64,000 nt of DNA from Mantamonas sphyraenae STR306. Its lineage: Eukaryota > Protista > CRuMs. The DNA is taken from contig JAPMXV010000005.1 in the NCBI GenBank assembly GCA_026936335.1, positions 124,001 through 188,000 of the forward strand. Direction: 5' to 3'. The notes beneath the pieces were generated by a model. It was not told the origin of the DNA. It worked only from the letters and a program-made list of their open reading frames with translations, and made no database searches. Position 1 is the stretch's first letter; each line of letters opens with the position of its first letter. Made by a program: the position numbers and the translations under genes. Below are positions 35,335 to 48,280 of this stretch, piece by piece.

Positions 35335-38300
35335 CAGACCAAGTGCACCACGTGTCCCGCAGGCAGTATCAGCTCTGCTGGATCGTTGACTTGCACCAAT
35401 TGCACAAAGGGGTTCTTCACAAACAGCACGCTTCCGGATGTGTGTGCGCCGTGTGCGCCGGGATCATTCAGTGCCTCGAACGCAGCCACTGCGTGCACAC
35501 CGTGTGCCGCAGGCACGTTTGCATCTGCGTCGCAAGCCACTGCGTGCCAACAGTGTGCGTTGGGTTCGACCACACTGCAGGGTGAATCCACCTGCCACCC
35601 GTGTGCAACAGGCACCTACGGCAACGTCTCTGCCCCCGGCCTGTGTGTTCTGTGTCCTGCAGGCACGTTCAACAACGCAACCAACGCCACCTCCCCCAGT
35701 GCATGTGTTCCGTGTGCCTCGGGCCTCGCCTCTGCGGCCGGAGCCTCAGAGTGTGGCCCATGCAACGCAGGATACTACGCATCGGGCGATCGCATCTGCA
35801 CAATCTGTCCCGCCGGTTTCTACTCTGCCAAGGGGGCGAGTGAGTGCACCGCGTGTCCGGTGGGCACGTTCAACGGCGCACCAGGGGCACCCAGTGTGGA
35901 GAGCTGCAAGGATTGCCAACCAGGCACATACGCCGGCCAGAATGCATCTGTGTGCTCTCAGTGTGCCGCTGGAACGTACAGCCCACACGTGCGTGCCAAC
36001 TCCAGTCTAACCTGTACTCCCTGTGCCGAAGGGAGCTATTCGGTCAACGGCCAAGCCAACTGCACCCTGTGCCCCATTGGATCGTACCGTGCCACTCCGG
36101 GCGGTGCTGGACCCACCTCGTGCACCGTGTGTCCCACGGGCACGTACAGCGACATTTTGGGACGCAGTGTGTGTTCCTCATGTCCTGCAGGCACGTACAA
36201 CGAGGTCACAGGCAGTTGGTCGGCGTCGTTTTGCCTCAATTGTGCAGAGGGAACGTATTCCAACATCACCGGCGCCACCACGGTCACTGCATGCCACCTG
36301 TGTCCCGTGGGCACGTATTCGTCCTCCATCGGTGCCAACAACGCGTCTGCATGTCTCGCGTGTGCGGCTGGCAAGTTTTCCCCAGCCCAGGGGGCAACCT
36401 CGGGCGCCGTCTGCGCCGATTGCTCGGCTGGGCGCTATTCAGCCACTCCGGCACAGTCCAGCTGTGCCCTCTGTGTGGCCGGTGAGTACCAGGATGCCAC
36501 GGGTCAGAGTGTATGCAAACAGTGCACACAGGGGACGATTTCCACGCAAGGAGGCCAGTCATCGTGTGCCGATTGCTCCGCAGGCGAGTACCAACCCAAC
36601 CCAGGACGCACCGTGTGTCTCAAGTGTCCCGTGGGCGAGTACCAAAGCAGCAAAGCTGCGTCCGGGTGCCTTCCATGTGCAGTAGGCACGTATGCTGCCT
36701 CGCAGGGCTCGCGTGAGTGCACCCCGTGCGATCCTGGCACGTATGCAAACAACATCACAAGTGCCAGTTGTGACCTGTGTCCCAAGCGCACCTACCAGCC
36801 GGCCACGGCACAGTCGTCCTGCTTCGACTGCCCCGTGCTCTCCACCACCGCCGACTTTGGCTCCCTCAACTACTCCTTCTGCAAGTGTGCCGTCGGTTAC
36901 TACGGACGAAACGCCTCGTGCACCGCTTGCCCTGCCACCGTCACCACCTGTCCTCGCATCGGCCTCGAGTATCCTCTGGCCGCCGCAGGGTATTGGTTCG
37001 ACACGGCCAACCCGCAGCTGGTGCTGCAGTGCACACCCCTCGTGGCCTGTCCTGCAAACAACGTCGCCTCTTGTGCCCCTGGCTACCAGTCCTACCTGTG
37101 CCGCGAGTGCCAACAGGGCTACTATCGCATCTCGGGCCGGTGCGAACTGTGTCCCGACTCCACCGATCCCACCTTTACCCTAATCATCTTCCTTGGCGCC
37201 TTTGTCATTCTGGCGCCCATTCTCGTGCGCATGGCCAAGTACAGGCAGGTGTTTGGCATTGTCACCCTGGCCGTGACGTATGTGCAGGTCATGTCTGTGT
37301 TCCGCCTGTTTTCCCTCCCGTGGCCCGAGGAACTGCTGGTCATCTTTGAGTACATGTCCCTCTTCAATCTCAACATCGAGATTGTCCACCCGGAGTGCAC
37401 CATTGCAGACTGGAACTGGACCTACAAGTGGATGATTGCCGTCAACATCCCGCTCGTGTTCCTCCTCGTCCTCCTCGTCATCTACTCCCTCAAGGTCATG
37501 CGTGCAAACTTTGCCTACCGAGTGGGTCCCAAGATCGTGCAGCGTTGGCCTTGGTTCGCCGAACACCCCGAGGTGGGGTTGCCCGAGGGCCAAGTGCCTT
37601 CCTTGCGTGCGCGGTTGCGCTACGACCTCGCCCAATTCCTCTGCGAGTACGACGACGAGTTTCACAGCAAGGCGTTGGGCAACCTGCTCTCTGGCTTCTT
37701 CCTCTTCATCACCCTGGGTTACACGTTCATCTGTGCCAACTGCCTGGAGTACTTTGACTGCTCGCTGAAGGAGGACGGACGGTGGTACCTGGACGCAGAC
37801 CCGTCGATTCTGTGTTCGCCCGATGACCCTCTGTGGGGTCCCCTGCTGCCCATCGGCGTTGTGTACGGCCTGGTGTTTGTCATTGGAATCCCCGCATGGA
37901 TCTACTGGCATCTGTCGCGCAACAGCCACCGCCTGTGGAACGCTCGCTTTGTGCGTCTCTACGGCGCCCTCTTTCTGCGTTTCGAGCTCGGATATTACTA
38001 CTGGGAGTGTCTGTCGATGGTGCGCAAGATGGTGTTGCTGGGTGTGCAGGCATTCCTCACCACGCGCACCCTGGAGTCATCGCTCATCTCGCTCATCGTC
38101 CTCTTCCTCGCCGTGCTGGGCCAGGCCTTTGCACGTCCGTTTGAGAGCACCAATTACGACCGCACAGAGACCCTTCTGCTGTTGTCCAACTTTGTCACCC
38201 TTCTCTCGGGTTTGCTCTTCTTCAGCGTGCAGGACAACTCGTCGCTGCACCTCTTCCTCACCTACTTCAATGTCATCCTCATTGGCATCTGTCTGGCTGT

Positions 38301-39948
38301 GGTCGTTGTGTTTGTCAGCCTCGACGTAAAGACGGCCGTGTACATGCAACGCCACGCCGACCGCATGGCCAAGATGCAGTTCATCAGCCGTGATTTCCTG
38401 GAGGAGGTGAGCATGTGGTTTGAGGACGCCGAAGCAGATCGCAGAGAGGCCATTCTGGCCACAAGTGCACAGATCATGGATTACATCGAGGTGGCCAGCG
38501 CCGCACACGTTGGCAAGCTGCACAGCACCAACCTGAGCGACCGCCAACGTGCAGTGTGCACAGACGTGGATCTGGAATTCCTTCGCAACCTGGATTACAT
38601 CTTCAAATTCGTCAAGGACGACGCAGAGGTCGAATTCCTCACCTGGTTCATCAAACAGCTGTTGTACTCGCCGGAGAAGGCAAAAGCGGCGATTCAACTC
38701 TTTCAGATCCTGGAACATGAAAACGTGCGCCGCTGCGGCTGGGTGCGCACACACATCTGTGGCGAACGCGACCCGTTGGAACATCAGAACAGCACCTCGA
38801 ATCTGGACAAGTATCTGGACGACCTGGCGCCCGGAACGCCTGCGGCAGACGGCAAGATGCGCTTCTGGCAGTCGCAGGGCTCGCTGGTGTCGCTCAAGCC
38901 CACGGTGGGTCCGGAGGAGCAGCTGCGCAGGGACAGGGAAACGGCCATGCGCAGTGCCACACGATCCAGCAATGAGTATGACGAGCCCGAGGACCTCGAC
39001 GAGGTGGAAGTGGCACACAACAACAACAAAAACAACAGCAGCAGTGACGAGACAGACCCGTCCGCTTCTGCTGCTGCTGCTGCTGCTACCATCCTGGCCG
39101 TGCCTGCAATCGGCGGCATCAATGCACTGAGCCCGTCTCCGTCCGATGTCCGCTCGGCAGCAGACAACAAGAAGCAACAAGGGGGCAGCAACGGGCCACA
39201 GCAACCGTCGGAGCCAACCAAGGATGGGATGGATGACGCATCCAACACCGACAAGAAAAAGAAGAAGCAGAGCGACGCAAAGGGCGCCAAGAAGGGAGCC
39301 AGGATGAGTCGCAGTCGCACGAAACCAGCTCTGGACACGGGCAGACGTAGAAGCAGCAAGCCTCGTCCGGGCATCAGCCCAAGCCGCAGCAAAAAGACGC
39401 TGGCCTCGGCGACGTCTGCGAAGCAACTGAAGCGTGCACAGAGTGACGAAACAAGCGCAAAGCGACGCAGCTCGCGGATAGCGCCCATATCCAAGTCGTC
39501 GACATCAAAGTCGACCAGGAATCTCGCGGGGGCCAGGAGCAAGAAGGGAGGCGCCAAAGACACACGGTACATTGGGGTGTCGCAGTCGCAGACCAGTGTG
39601 CGTGCGGTGCCAAAGGACCTCCACGACCTGGACTCGGATGAGGAGGACGATGAACTGTCCACTCCCCACCTGCATTTGGGCAAACGCCGCCAACTGAGCC
39701 AACGCATACGTGCAAACTCCATGGAGGAGGAGGAGGCAGCCGCCGACGCCGCAGCCGATGCCATTCTGCGCGATCTCAAGGGTCCCAAGAGTATCATCGA
39801 CGACGATGCCCCATCCACTCTCATGCGCAGATACAGCACACGCGAGTTTGTGGATGACGACATCGCCAGTGCCTCGGACATCAGCGACGACGACGACGAC
39901 GACGACGCAGGAGAGGACGACGATGGGTTGCCAACCTCTTTCAAATGA
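32909..39948 (+). CDS. Receptor-like protein B: signal peptide, PQQ-like beta-propeller, long Cys-rich GCC2/GCC3 (ephrin-receptor-like) repeat stalk, ~9-TM domain, low-complexity cytoplasmic tail
   Basis: MSIPTPT|TRLLALLLLLLGMHMVAA (intron 32930-33045); WPMYQADTSNTGRS and GSEIW/GSLRW propeller motifs; dozens of CxxCPAGTY repeats; TM motifs TYVQV, LPWP, YGALFLRFELGYYYWE..RK and RPF. About 6 introns in the 5' part. Confidence 0.85.
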
Positions 39949-39975
39949 TGAATGAACACAGTCACACACACTCCA

Positions 39976-41680
39976 TTACGGCGCCGCCTTGGGCTCACTC
40001 TCTCCCTTGACACGTGCCAGCTCTGCCTCCAGCCTCTCCACCTCCTTCTTGCTCTTTGCAAAGCCCACGCGCAGATCCTCCACCTCCTCAAAGAACTGCT
40101 CGTCAAACGCACCCAGTTCCTCCCGCAGCGACTTGTTCTCCCGTGCCAACTCTTCCTTCTTTGCCTGCAGCGCCTCCACGATGGGCATGAGTTCTGCCAG
40201 CTGCCTCTGCAACGCCCCAGCGTCACTCTGCTGCGTCGACGCCGCCAGTGTTGCGTACGCCTGTTTCACCTCTTCCAATTCCATCTCGCGCGCATCCAAC
40301 GCCTTTTTGGCCGCCCCCAACTCCTTCTTGGCATCTTTCGCTGCCACGCGTCGCTTCTCGCTCTCTGCCTTGGCCGCACGCAGTTCACGCTCCATGTCCC
40401 TCACCTGTCCCTCCAACAGGGCCCGTGTGCGCTCAAAGTGCATCTGTCCGGCCTCCTCTGCGGCGCTGACAGCGTCGTCGGCACGCGCCAGCTCCGCCTT
40501 GGCCTCGTCGCGTTCGGCCAGCGCGGCCTCCAGCTCCCGCTTGGCCTTGGCCACCTCCTTGTGGGCCGCCTTGACCTGACGACGCAACCCTGCGCTTTGG
40601 TCGCTCATCGTGCGCATGGTGCGTTCCAGCTGATCGTACGCGTCCACCTTTTCCCTGGAGGCATCCAGCTGTGCGCTGAGTTCCGTGTTCTTGGCACGCA
40701 ACGCCTTGGCTTCCTTGACCAGTTCCATGTACTTGACGTTGGACTTGCTGGTCTTCCGCAGGGCGTCGTTTTCCGATTGCAGCTTGTCAATCACCCGCTT
40801 CAGTGCATCCACCACCTTTTCCAACTCCTTCTGGCTCTTGGCCTTGGCCATGCGTTTCTTCACCCCCTTTTCGCTGATGTTGTGCAACTCAAAGGTGTCG
40901 CTCACCACCGCCCGGAACGTTTCCAACTCCTGCACCTTTTCCTCCAGCTTTGCGTTCAGCATCGCCTGGTTCTCCCGATCGAAGCGCAGCTCCAACGCCG
41001 CACTCTCCGCCTTCACCAGCTGGCCCTCCAACTCTTGGATCGTCACCTCCTTCTCCGTGTTCCTCGCCTTCAGCTCCTGCAACACGCCCTCTTCCGCCGA
41101 CGACGACGACGCCCCGCGTGCAAACGCAGCTGCCGCGCTCTCCACATTCTCCATGTCCCGACGTGCCTCGGCCAATTGCTTGCGCAGCCGTGCCACCGTC
41201 CGCTCCAGCGCACGCTTCTCGTTGGTGGCCTCCACCTCCACCACACGCTTCAAGTCGCTGTTGGCACGCTCCAGCTCCAGGATGCGATCCTTCAGCTCGT
41301 GCACTGTCTCCATGGCCTGGATGGCCTTGGCCACACTCTTCTTTGTGCCCGTTGTCGCCTGCAGCTCCTTCAACTGTGCGTCCGTCCTCTCACGCTCCGC
41401 TTCCACACGCTCCAGTGTGTCGCGGAACTGGCCCACCTGCTTCTTCAACGCCTCCACCTCGTCGCTGCGCTCTGCCAGCTTCTTCCGCAGTGCCTCCTGT
41501 TTGCGTTGCATCTTCTTTTCGTGTTCCCAACGCTGCACCTCTGGGTTGTCCGACCCCTCCCACGCCTTGCGCGTCGTCGCCGACGACGTCGATTTGTTCG
41601 TGCTGCTCTGGCTGCTGTTTCCCCCTGCCGTGGAGTCATCCGACGACGATTGGCCCTGTTGTTGGCCACCGCCACCATCA

Positions 41681-41712
<32 letters not shown>

Positions 41713-44700
41713 CGCATCTCGTTGCGCTTCGTTCAACTGCGCCTCCAGCGAGGCAATCTGTGCTTTGGCTTCGTCCAACTCGCCAGTCTTTGCAGCCAGC
41801 TTCTGTTGCAATGCAGACAGGCGCTTGCGCAGTTTGACTGCCTCTGGGTTCACCCGCGCCCTTTCCTGCATCTCTGCAATCTGCTTCTCCAGTCGGATTT
41901 CCTTTTCGTTGCTCTCCTTCAGCAGCTCGTCCATCTTGAGCAGATCCGCTTTCATCTTGCGTCGCTCTTCCGCTGCTTCCTTCTTGCTGCTGCTGCTGCT
42001 GCTGCTCTGCGTGCGTGCACTGTGGCTCAGCGCCTTGTTTTCCTTTTCCAGCGACTGCTTGTTGGCTTCCAGGAATTTGATCCGTGCCTGCAACTCCTGC
42101 ATCTCACGCTCCATCTCCCGAATCTCCTCCTGTGCCTGCTTCAGCATTTCTGACGTCATGCCAGCCTCTTCCTCGCGTTGTCCCCGACCCGACGGCGTGT
42201 CCAGAATCGCCGATCGGTGTGCGCTGCGCCTGGGCGTGCTCCCAATGCCGCCACTGCCGCCACCGCCGCCACCGCCCATCGACGCTTGCATGTGCAGGGC
42301 TTCCACAAGCTCCTCGCGCAGGCCCTGAATGGCTTCGTTCAGCAGCCGCTGCTGCTTTTCTTTCACCTCCAGCTGTCGCTTCATGTGACCAATGAGCTCG
42401 AGGACATTCTCGCTGGGCGCCTGTTCCAACTTGCGCTGTGCGGCGTCCAGCGCACGTGCCAGTTTGCCGTTGGACTCTTCTGCGGTGCGTAGTTCCAAGC
42501 GCAGGCGGCTCAGCTGGCTCTGGTCTTCGTCCACCTCGGCGGCCTTGAGACGCATCACCTCGACGCTGCGTTCCAGCTCTTTGCGCAGGGCTACCACCTC
42601 GGCGTTGAGTTGGTCGATGCGCTGGTCCTTGTCACGCAGCAACGACTCCACCTCGTGTTGCACCCCGTGTGCCGTCACCTCGCTCATTGTGGTGCGTTCG
42701 TGGCCCATTCGCTCCAACATGTCCACCAGATGCTTCAGTGCACGCCCTTGCGCCTCTGCCTCTGCCTCCTTCCACTGGCTCACCGACCGTGCATCGGCCA
42801 CCGCCGCTGTCTCCTGTGCCGCAGACAGCAACTTTTGGTACTTGCTCACCTCCTCTGTCTTGCGTTCCAGCAGGTTCTGCAGGCTTTCGATCTGCTGCTG
42901 GGCCACCGCAATCGCCCGCTTGTCGTCGTGCCGTCCCATCACGTCTCCCACATCGCCGCCGTGTCCACTTGCCCCACCGGTGGCCAGTTTCAACCTCAGA
43001 TCCTGCACCTGCTGCCGCTGTTCGTACAGTTCGTTGTTGCTCACGCTCAACTGCGTTTGCAGCGTTTCGTTGCTGCTCTTTAGGATTTCAATCTGCCGGT
43101 GTTGGTCGTCCACCAGCGACTGCTTCCTGTCGATTTGGGCCAACGCAAGCTCCAGTTGCTCCTTCAGCGACTTGCTCGTGTCCGTGTGGTACGTGCTGGG
43201 CGTCCTGGTCCCCGACGACGTGTTTGTCGTCGTTGTCGTCGTCATCGTCACCATCGACGACGACAATGATGATGAACGCATGCCCGGATCGCCACCGCCG
43301 CCATGCTGCCGTGCCTGCTTCAGATCAATCTCCAGCACCTGTTTGGCCTTTTCCGCCTCTTCCAGCTGCTGCTCCAGCGTGGTCACCCTGTGCCTGTACT
43401 CCAGCTCGCGGTAGTCCTCCTTGGCCTCCTTGCGCAGCTGTGCCTCCTCCAGCTGTCGCAGCAGCGCTTCGTTCTCGTGTTGCACCGTGTTCAGGTACAC
43501 CTCGCGTTCGTGCATCTCGCGCACCCGCCTCTTGAGTTGGTTGTTCTCCAGACGCACTTCCACCATGGCCTGCGTCAAATCCATCACCTTTTGGTCCATC
43601 TGACCCATTTCGATGGCTGCCACCGCCGCCCGCACCTCCTTCGCTTCCACTTGCGCCTTCCACAGCTCGTCCTGGATTTCGTTCTTCTCCTCCTTGATTT
43701 CGTCCAGCTTGCTCTCCATGGCCCGCTTGGCACGCCCCAGCTTCTCAATCGTGCCTCGGAACGCCTCGGCCTTGTCCAGCGACAACGATCCGGCCGCACG
43801 CTGTTTGTACTCCGTCAGCTCGTTGTGCACCATGTCGTACCGCTTCCGCGCCCGTTCGTCCGCCTCCAGCAATTCCCGCTCCTTCTCTGCCAACCGCCGT
43901 TGCAGCTCTCGTTCGGTGGCCTGTGCACGTGCGTCCAGCCGCTTGTACGTGTCCACCTGTGCTTGCAGCTCACCCTGCTGCAGCTGCAGATGCACAAGCC
44001 GTTCTGCCTGGCTGCCCAGCTGTGCCATCTCCTCGGATTCGCCCTGCATCTTGCGCAACGCCTCCTCCAACCGCGCTTGGCGATCGTACTCCAACTCCAG
44101 ACGTCGCACCATTTCCAGCTGCCGTTCGTCCGCCTGCGCCACCTGCGCCTCCAACCGCGTCACACGCGCACGCAGCGTCCCGTTTGTCCCTTCCAACTCA
44201 CGTGCACGCTCCTGCAGACGCTCCCCTTCCCGTCTGCTCATCGCTCCGCTGTACTGTCTGCGCATCTCGTCGTGTGCACTCTCTGCGCGTTGGTGCGACT
44301 CCAGCAGTTCCTGATTGCGCACCTCCAGCTCACGCAGCCGTTGCGTCAGACTCGTCTCGTGCGCCTCAGCCGACTCCAGTCGCTTCTCCAACAGACGCAA
44401 ACGGCTGCGTGCGTTGCCCTCCGCTTCCTGCGCCGCCATCGCTGCGTTGGACAATTCCACAAGCTTCGACGCCTCCACACTCCCTGCGCCACCGCCCTGT
44501 TGGCTCTTCTCCAACAATGCTTGCGTCTCTTGCAGCCGCACCACCTTTTTGTGCTCCTGGTCAAGATCTGCTTCCAGGCGTTCGATGCGTGCGTTTGCCA
44601 GGCGCAGGTCCGTGTCATTCTGTTCCCGTGTCGCCAGCTGGTCCACCAATTGCCGCTCTCGATCCAGCAAACGTGCGTACTTGTCAGCCATGCTCTGAAA

Positions 44701-47700
44701 GTCGTGCCACGCCGCGTCGTACTTGGACTGCGACACGCTGCGGTTCAGGTCTTCGTTTGCCCTGCGCAGCCTTTCCTCGCGCTCCTTTGTCGTCTCCTCC
44801 AGATCCGCCAACCGCCTGTGGAACATTGTTTCCACATCCATCAGCTCGCTCTTGAGTCTGTGGTTCTCCTCACGCACATCTCGAATGCTTTCCTCCAACG
44901 CCTGCGCCTTGCGCGACGCCGTCTTTTCGTTGATGCGCGCCAGCGTCAGACGACGCGTCATTTCGCCCAATCGACGTTCCTGCTCGTCCCGACTCGATCC
45001 CAGGCTGCGCTGCAGCTTTTCTGCCTCTTCCATGCTCACCCGGTTCACCTCGGCCTCCTCCTGGAATTGACGCAACTGCACGTGCAGCGCCTTCCGCTGC
45101 CGCTCCCAGTTTGCCTTGGCCGTCAGGTGCTCGTTGAACAGCAGCGTCTGTGTGTCTTTGGCCTTGTGCACCGCTCGTTTGTACTCACCCATGCGGCTTT
45201 CCACACGCACAAGCTCCTTCTCCTTCTCCGCCAGGGCGTCCAGACACTCAATCAGCTGTTCGTTCAGACCCGCCATGTCCTCCAGGCGTCCCTCCTGCAG
45301 CGCACGCGGCAGCGGAATTCCGTGTGTCATCACCATTCCTGCTCCGGTCATTGCCATCGTCCCGTTCCCGTTCCCGTTTCCGTGGCTCCCGTCTCCCGAT
45401 CCGTCGCCGCCGACACCCGTCTGGTTGGCCATCCCCATCATCTGCATCTGCATGGCCATCATCTGTGACTGCATCAGCTGTGCCTGCTCCGCGGTGACTG
45501 TGCCCGCCGCAGCAGCTGGCACTGTGTTGGCGCCTCCGCCGTCGCGCAGCACACGCAGTTCACCCTCCATGGACGTGGCTCGCTTCACCGCCGCGTCCCG
45601 TTCCATCTGCAGCGTGGCCTGGTCGTCTTTGAGTTGTTGCAGCTCCTTGCGCAGTGCACGCAGCTTGTTGGCTGCTCCACCGTCGTTTTCCAGATTCGAC
45701 AGGATCTTGGTCAGGTCCGGCGTGCTGCCCTGTTTGCCTGGTGTGCTTGGCACCGTACCCTGCACCTCGCGCAACACATCCTGCAGTTGTCGCTTCAGCC
45801 TGCGGATCTCCTCGCGCTGGTCTTCGATGGTGGCCTTGTGTGCTTCAACAGTGTTGCGCAGCTTCTGCTTCTCCAGCTCACTCTTTTCCAGCAATCCACC
45901 CATCTTTTGCACTTCGCCCGTTAGAATTGTAAACTCCCGCTTGAATCCGGCTGCGTCGCCTCCGCCGCCGCCTCCCATACCCATCATGCTGCTGCTGCCT
46001 CCCAGTGTCGACTCGCCTGCCGCCTCGCGACGTGCACGCTCCTCTTTCTGCGCCTCCATCTCTTCGCGTGTGAGGTCGCCCAGGTCGAATTGGTCCAACA
46101 CAAACTGTTTGTCGCCGGAAAACTCCTTCAGGGCGGCAATCGCACCGCGTTGCCTGCTGAGCACGCGGTTCTCTGCCCGCAGCTTGCTCATCTGGTCTTC
46201 CAGCTTCTTCACCTCGTTCTCCAGGAAGCTGTTGTGGTACTTCAGCTGCTGCACCTCCACCTGGTCCTGGAATTGCGCCTGCGAAATGTCAATTTCGTCC
46301 TTTGCGTCGATGCCCAGCTTCAGCCGCATCGCACGGTTCTCGTAGCCCATCCGTTGCGACCGTGCGTTGGCTTCGTTCAGCTGCCGCGACAGCGTTTGGA
46401 TGTCTGCGTCTCGTTTCGACATCTGGAAGCGTTGTTCCTTCAGCTTGAACATCAACTGCTCCAGCCCGCTTTCGCCTCGTTGCAGCTGCGCCACCAGATC
46501 CCGCAGTTCGTTCAACTCGCTCTCCTTGCTCATCAGGTTGGATTGTGTCACATCGTTGCGTCGTTTCAGATCTTCCAATCGACCCAAGGCCTCCTCCAGC
46601 TCTTCCTCGGCCTTCTTCTGCCGCTTCTCCGGTGCCTCCAACGCCTGCTCCACACGCTCCTTCACACGCTGCTCCGTCATCAGAAGCTCTTTGGTCAGCA
46701 GTTCGATGTCTTCCTGGTGCTTGCTTTCGTTGTCACGCAGTTCGGCAATGATTTGGTCCTTCTCGTGCAGTCGCTTCTGCAGGCCGTCCTGCGACAGATT
46801 CGACAGCTCCAGCTCCAGAGTTTTGCGCTCCTGCTCCAGCCGCTCCATCTCCTTCTCCTGCTCCATGATCTTTTCCTCCTTGGCACGCAGCACCGACTGC
46901 CACTCCTGGAACTGCTTGTTCACACTCTGTGCGAATTGGTCCAGCTCCGAACCGGCCTCCAGCTTGGCACGCAGGTCTTCCACCTGCATTTCCAGAAGCG
47001 TCTTGTCCTTGCTCAGTGATTGGATCACCTCGTCTGCTTCCAGAAGCATCACCTTTGTGTTTTCATAGTCTGCCGACGCTTGCTCCAGACCGTGTGCCAA
47101 CACCTCCTCCTCCTTGTTCAGGCGCGCATTCTCCAGCAGTGCCTCCTCCAGTTTCTTCAAAGACACGGCGGCTTCCAACTGCAGCGCTTCGTACCTGTCC
47201 TTCAGGTCGTCCAGTTCGTCGTTCAGGCGCTCGTGTGAATCACCCCGATTCAGAAGCTGGTTCTCCACGGTCGCCACGCGCTTCTGCGCTGCCTGAAGCT
47301 GGCTCTTCAGTTCCTTCTCATTGTTTTTCAGGCTGTTGATGATCTGCTCCTTGTTCAGGATGGTCTGTGGGCGCCCAGTGGAGCGAAGTTAGTGCCGCGC
47401 GCCAAATTTCTCTGCGCCAAGAAACGGACAATCGACTCACCTGCTGAGCCTGTTCCAGCGCACGTTTGTCGTCCTGCAGCTGCTCGATTTCGTCCTCCAT
47501 CTCTTCCATTCGCCTACGCATGGCTTGCATCTCGGCTACGTGTGTGCAAGGCAGGGCAGGCACCCATCCAGGCGTTGTGTGCGTGTGAGTTTTGTGACTC
47601 GGGCCGGATTTTCCCGCCTCACCCTTTGTCGCCTCCGTGTGCAGGGGGACGCCCCTCTCCATCCACAATCGATGCTTACCTGTGTTTACAGAACCGCCGC

Positions 47701-48099
47701 GCGATGTCTGCTGCAGTTGTACGTGTGTGTAGAGTCTGGACACGCGCACGGGTGGGTGTAAGGAGGAGGCTCGTCGTCGTCGCGCGCGACAACGACGCAG
47801 CGGCCGCCGCCGCCGCATGGCTCCACTCAAAGCTCCTCTCCCATTGCAACAACTTACTCTGCAGACAATTGCAATGCCTCGTACATGTCTGGAAAGTTGG
47901 TGAGTGAAAACTTGGACAGCTCCTCCTCGCTGAGCGGGAAGGAGCCGCGAATCAGTTTGTCGTAATGGGCCAGCAGTTCGTCTGGCTCGTAGTCGCCGTC
48001 ATAGAACCGATCAAACTCTCCCAACTCATCCAGGATCTTTTCCACCGACTGGGGTTTAAACACATCCCGTTCCTCCTTCTCGGTGAACGTGAACGACAT
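39976..48099 (-). CDS. CEP290: Centrosomal/ciliary transition-zone protein CEP290 homolog
   Basis: Long coiled coil with recognisable CEP290 blocks: ENRAMRLKLGI...IDIS, LNEQLIECL..L.EKEKEL..Y...Q.LLFNEH, RWEHEKKMQ, LEKVVDALKRVIDKLQSEN, ELGAFDEQFFEEVEDLR. Short 5' exons lie in 47280-48099; their boundaries are approximate. Confidence 0.88.
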
Positions 48100-48121
48100 G
48101 CTCGTGGGGTGAGGTTTTCTT

Positions 48122-48150
48122 TGGCAACGCGTGCGCTGCGAGATGGCAAC
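48122..48150 (-). promoter_or_regulatory. Two GTTGCCA motifs (RFX/X-box half-site-like) just upstream of CEP290
   Basis: tggcaac at 48122-48128 and 48144-48150, within 51 nt of the proposed ATG of a ciliary gene. Confidence 0.45.
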
Positions 48151-48280
48151 AGTGCAAAAAGAATAGGTGGCATTCCAGATGGACAAAACTGAAGGCATGA
48201 CACGTTAGGTTGGAGGTGAGCAAAGATCCATGAGCGTGACTCAAGGCAATCTTTCTTTTTTCTCGTTGGCTGGTAGAAAA

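Noticed and set aside
39952-47339. Long plus-strand ORFs opposite CEP290 (and similar ones opposite OSCA, CCT2, IVD and TMTC)
   Set aside because: They are typical antisense open frames of GC-rich coding DNA, with no recognisable domains.
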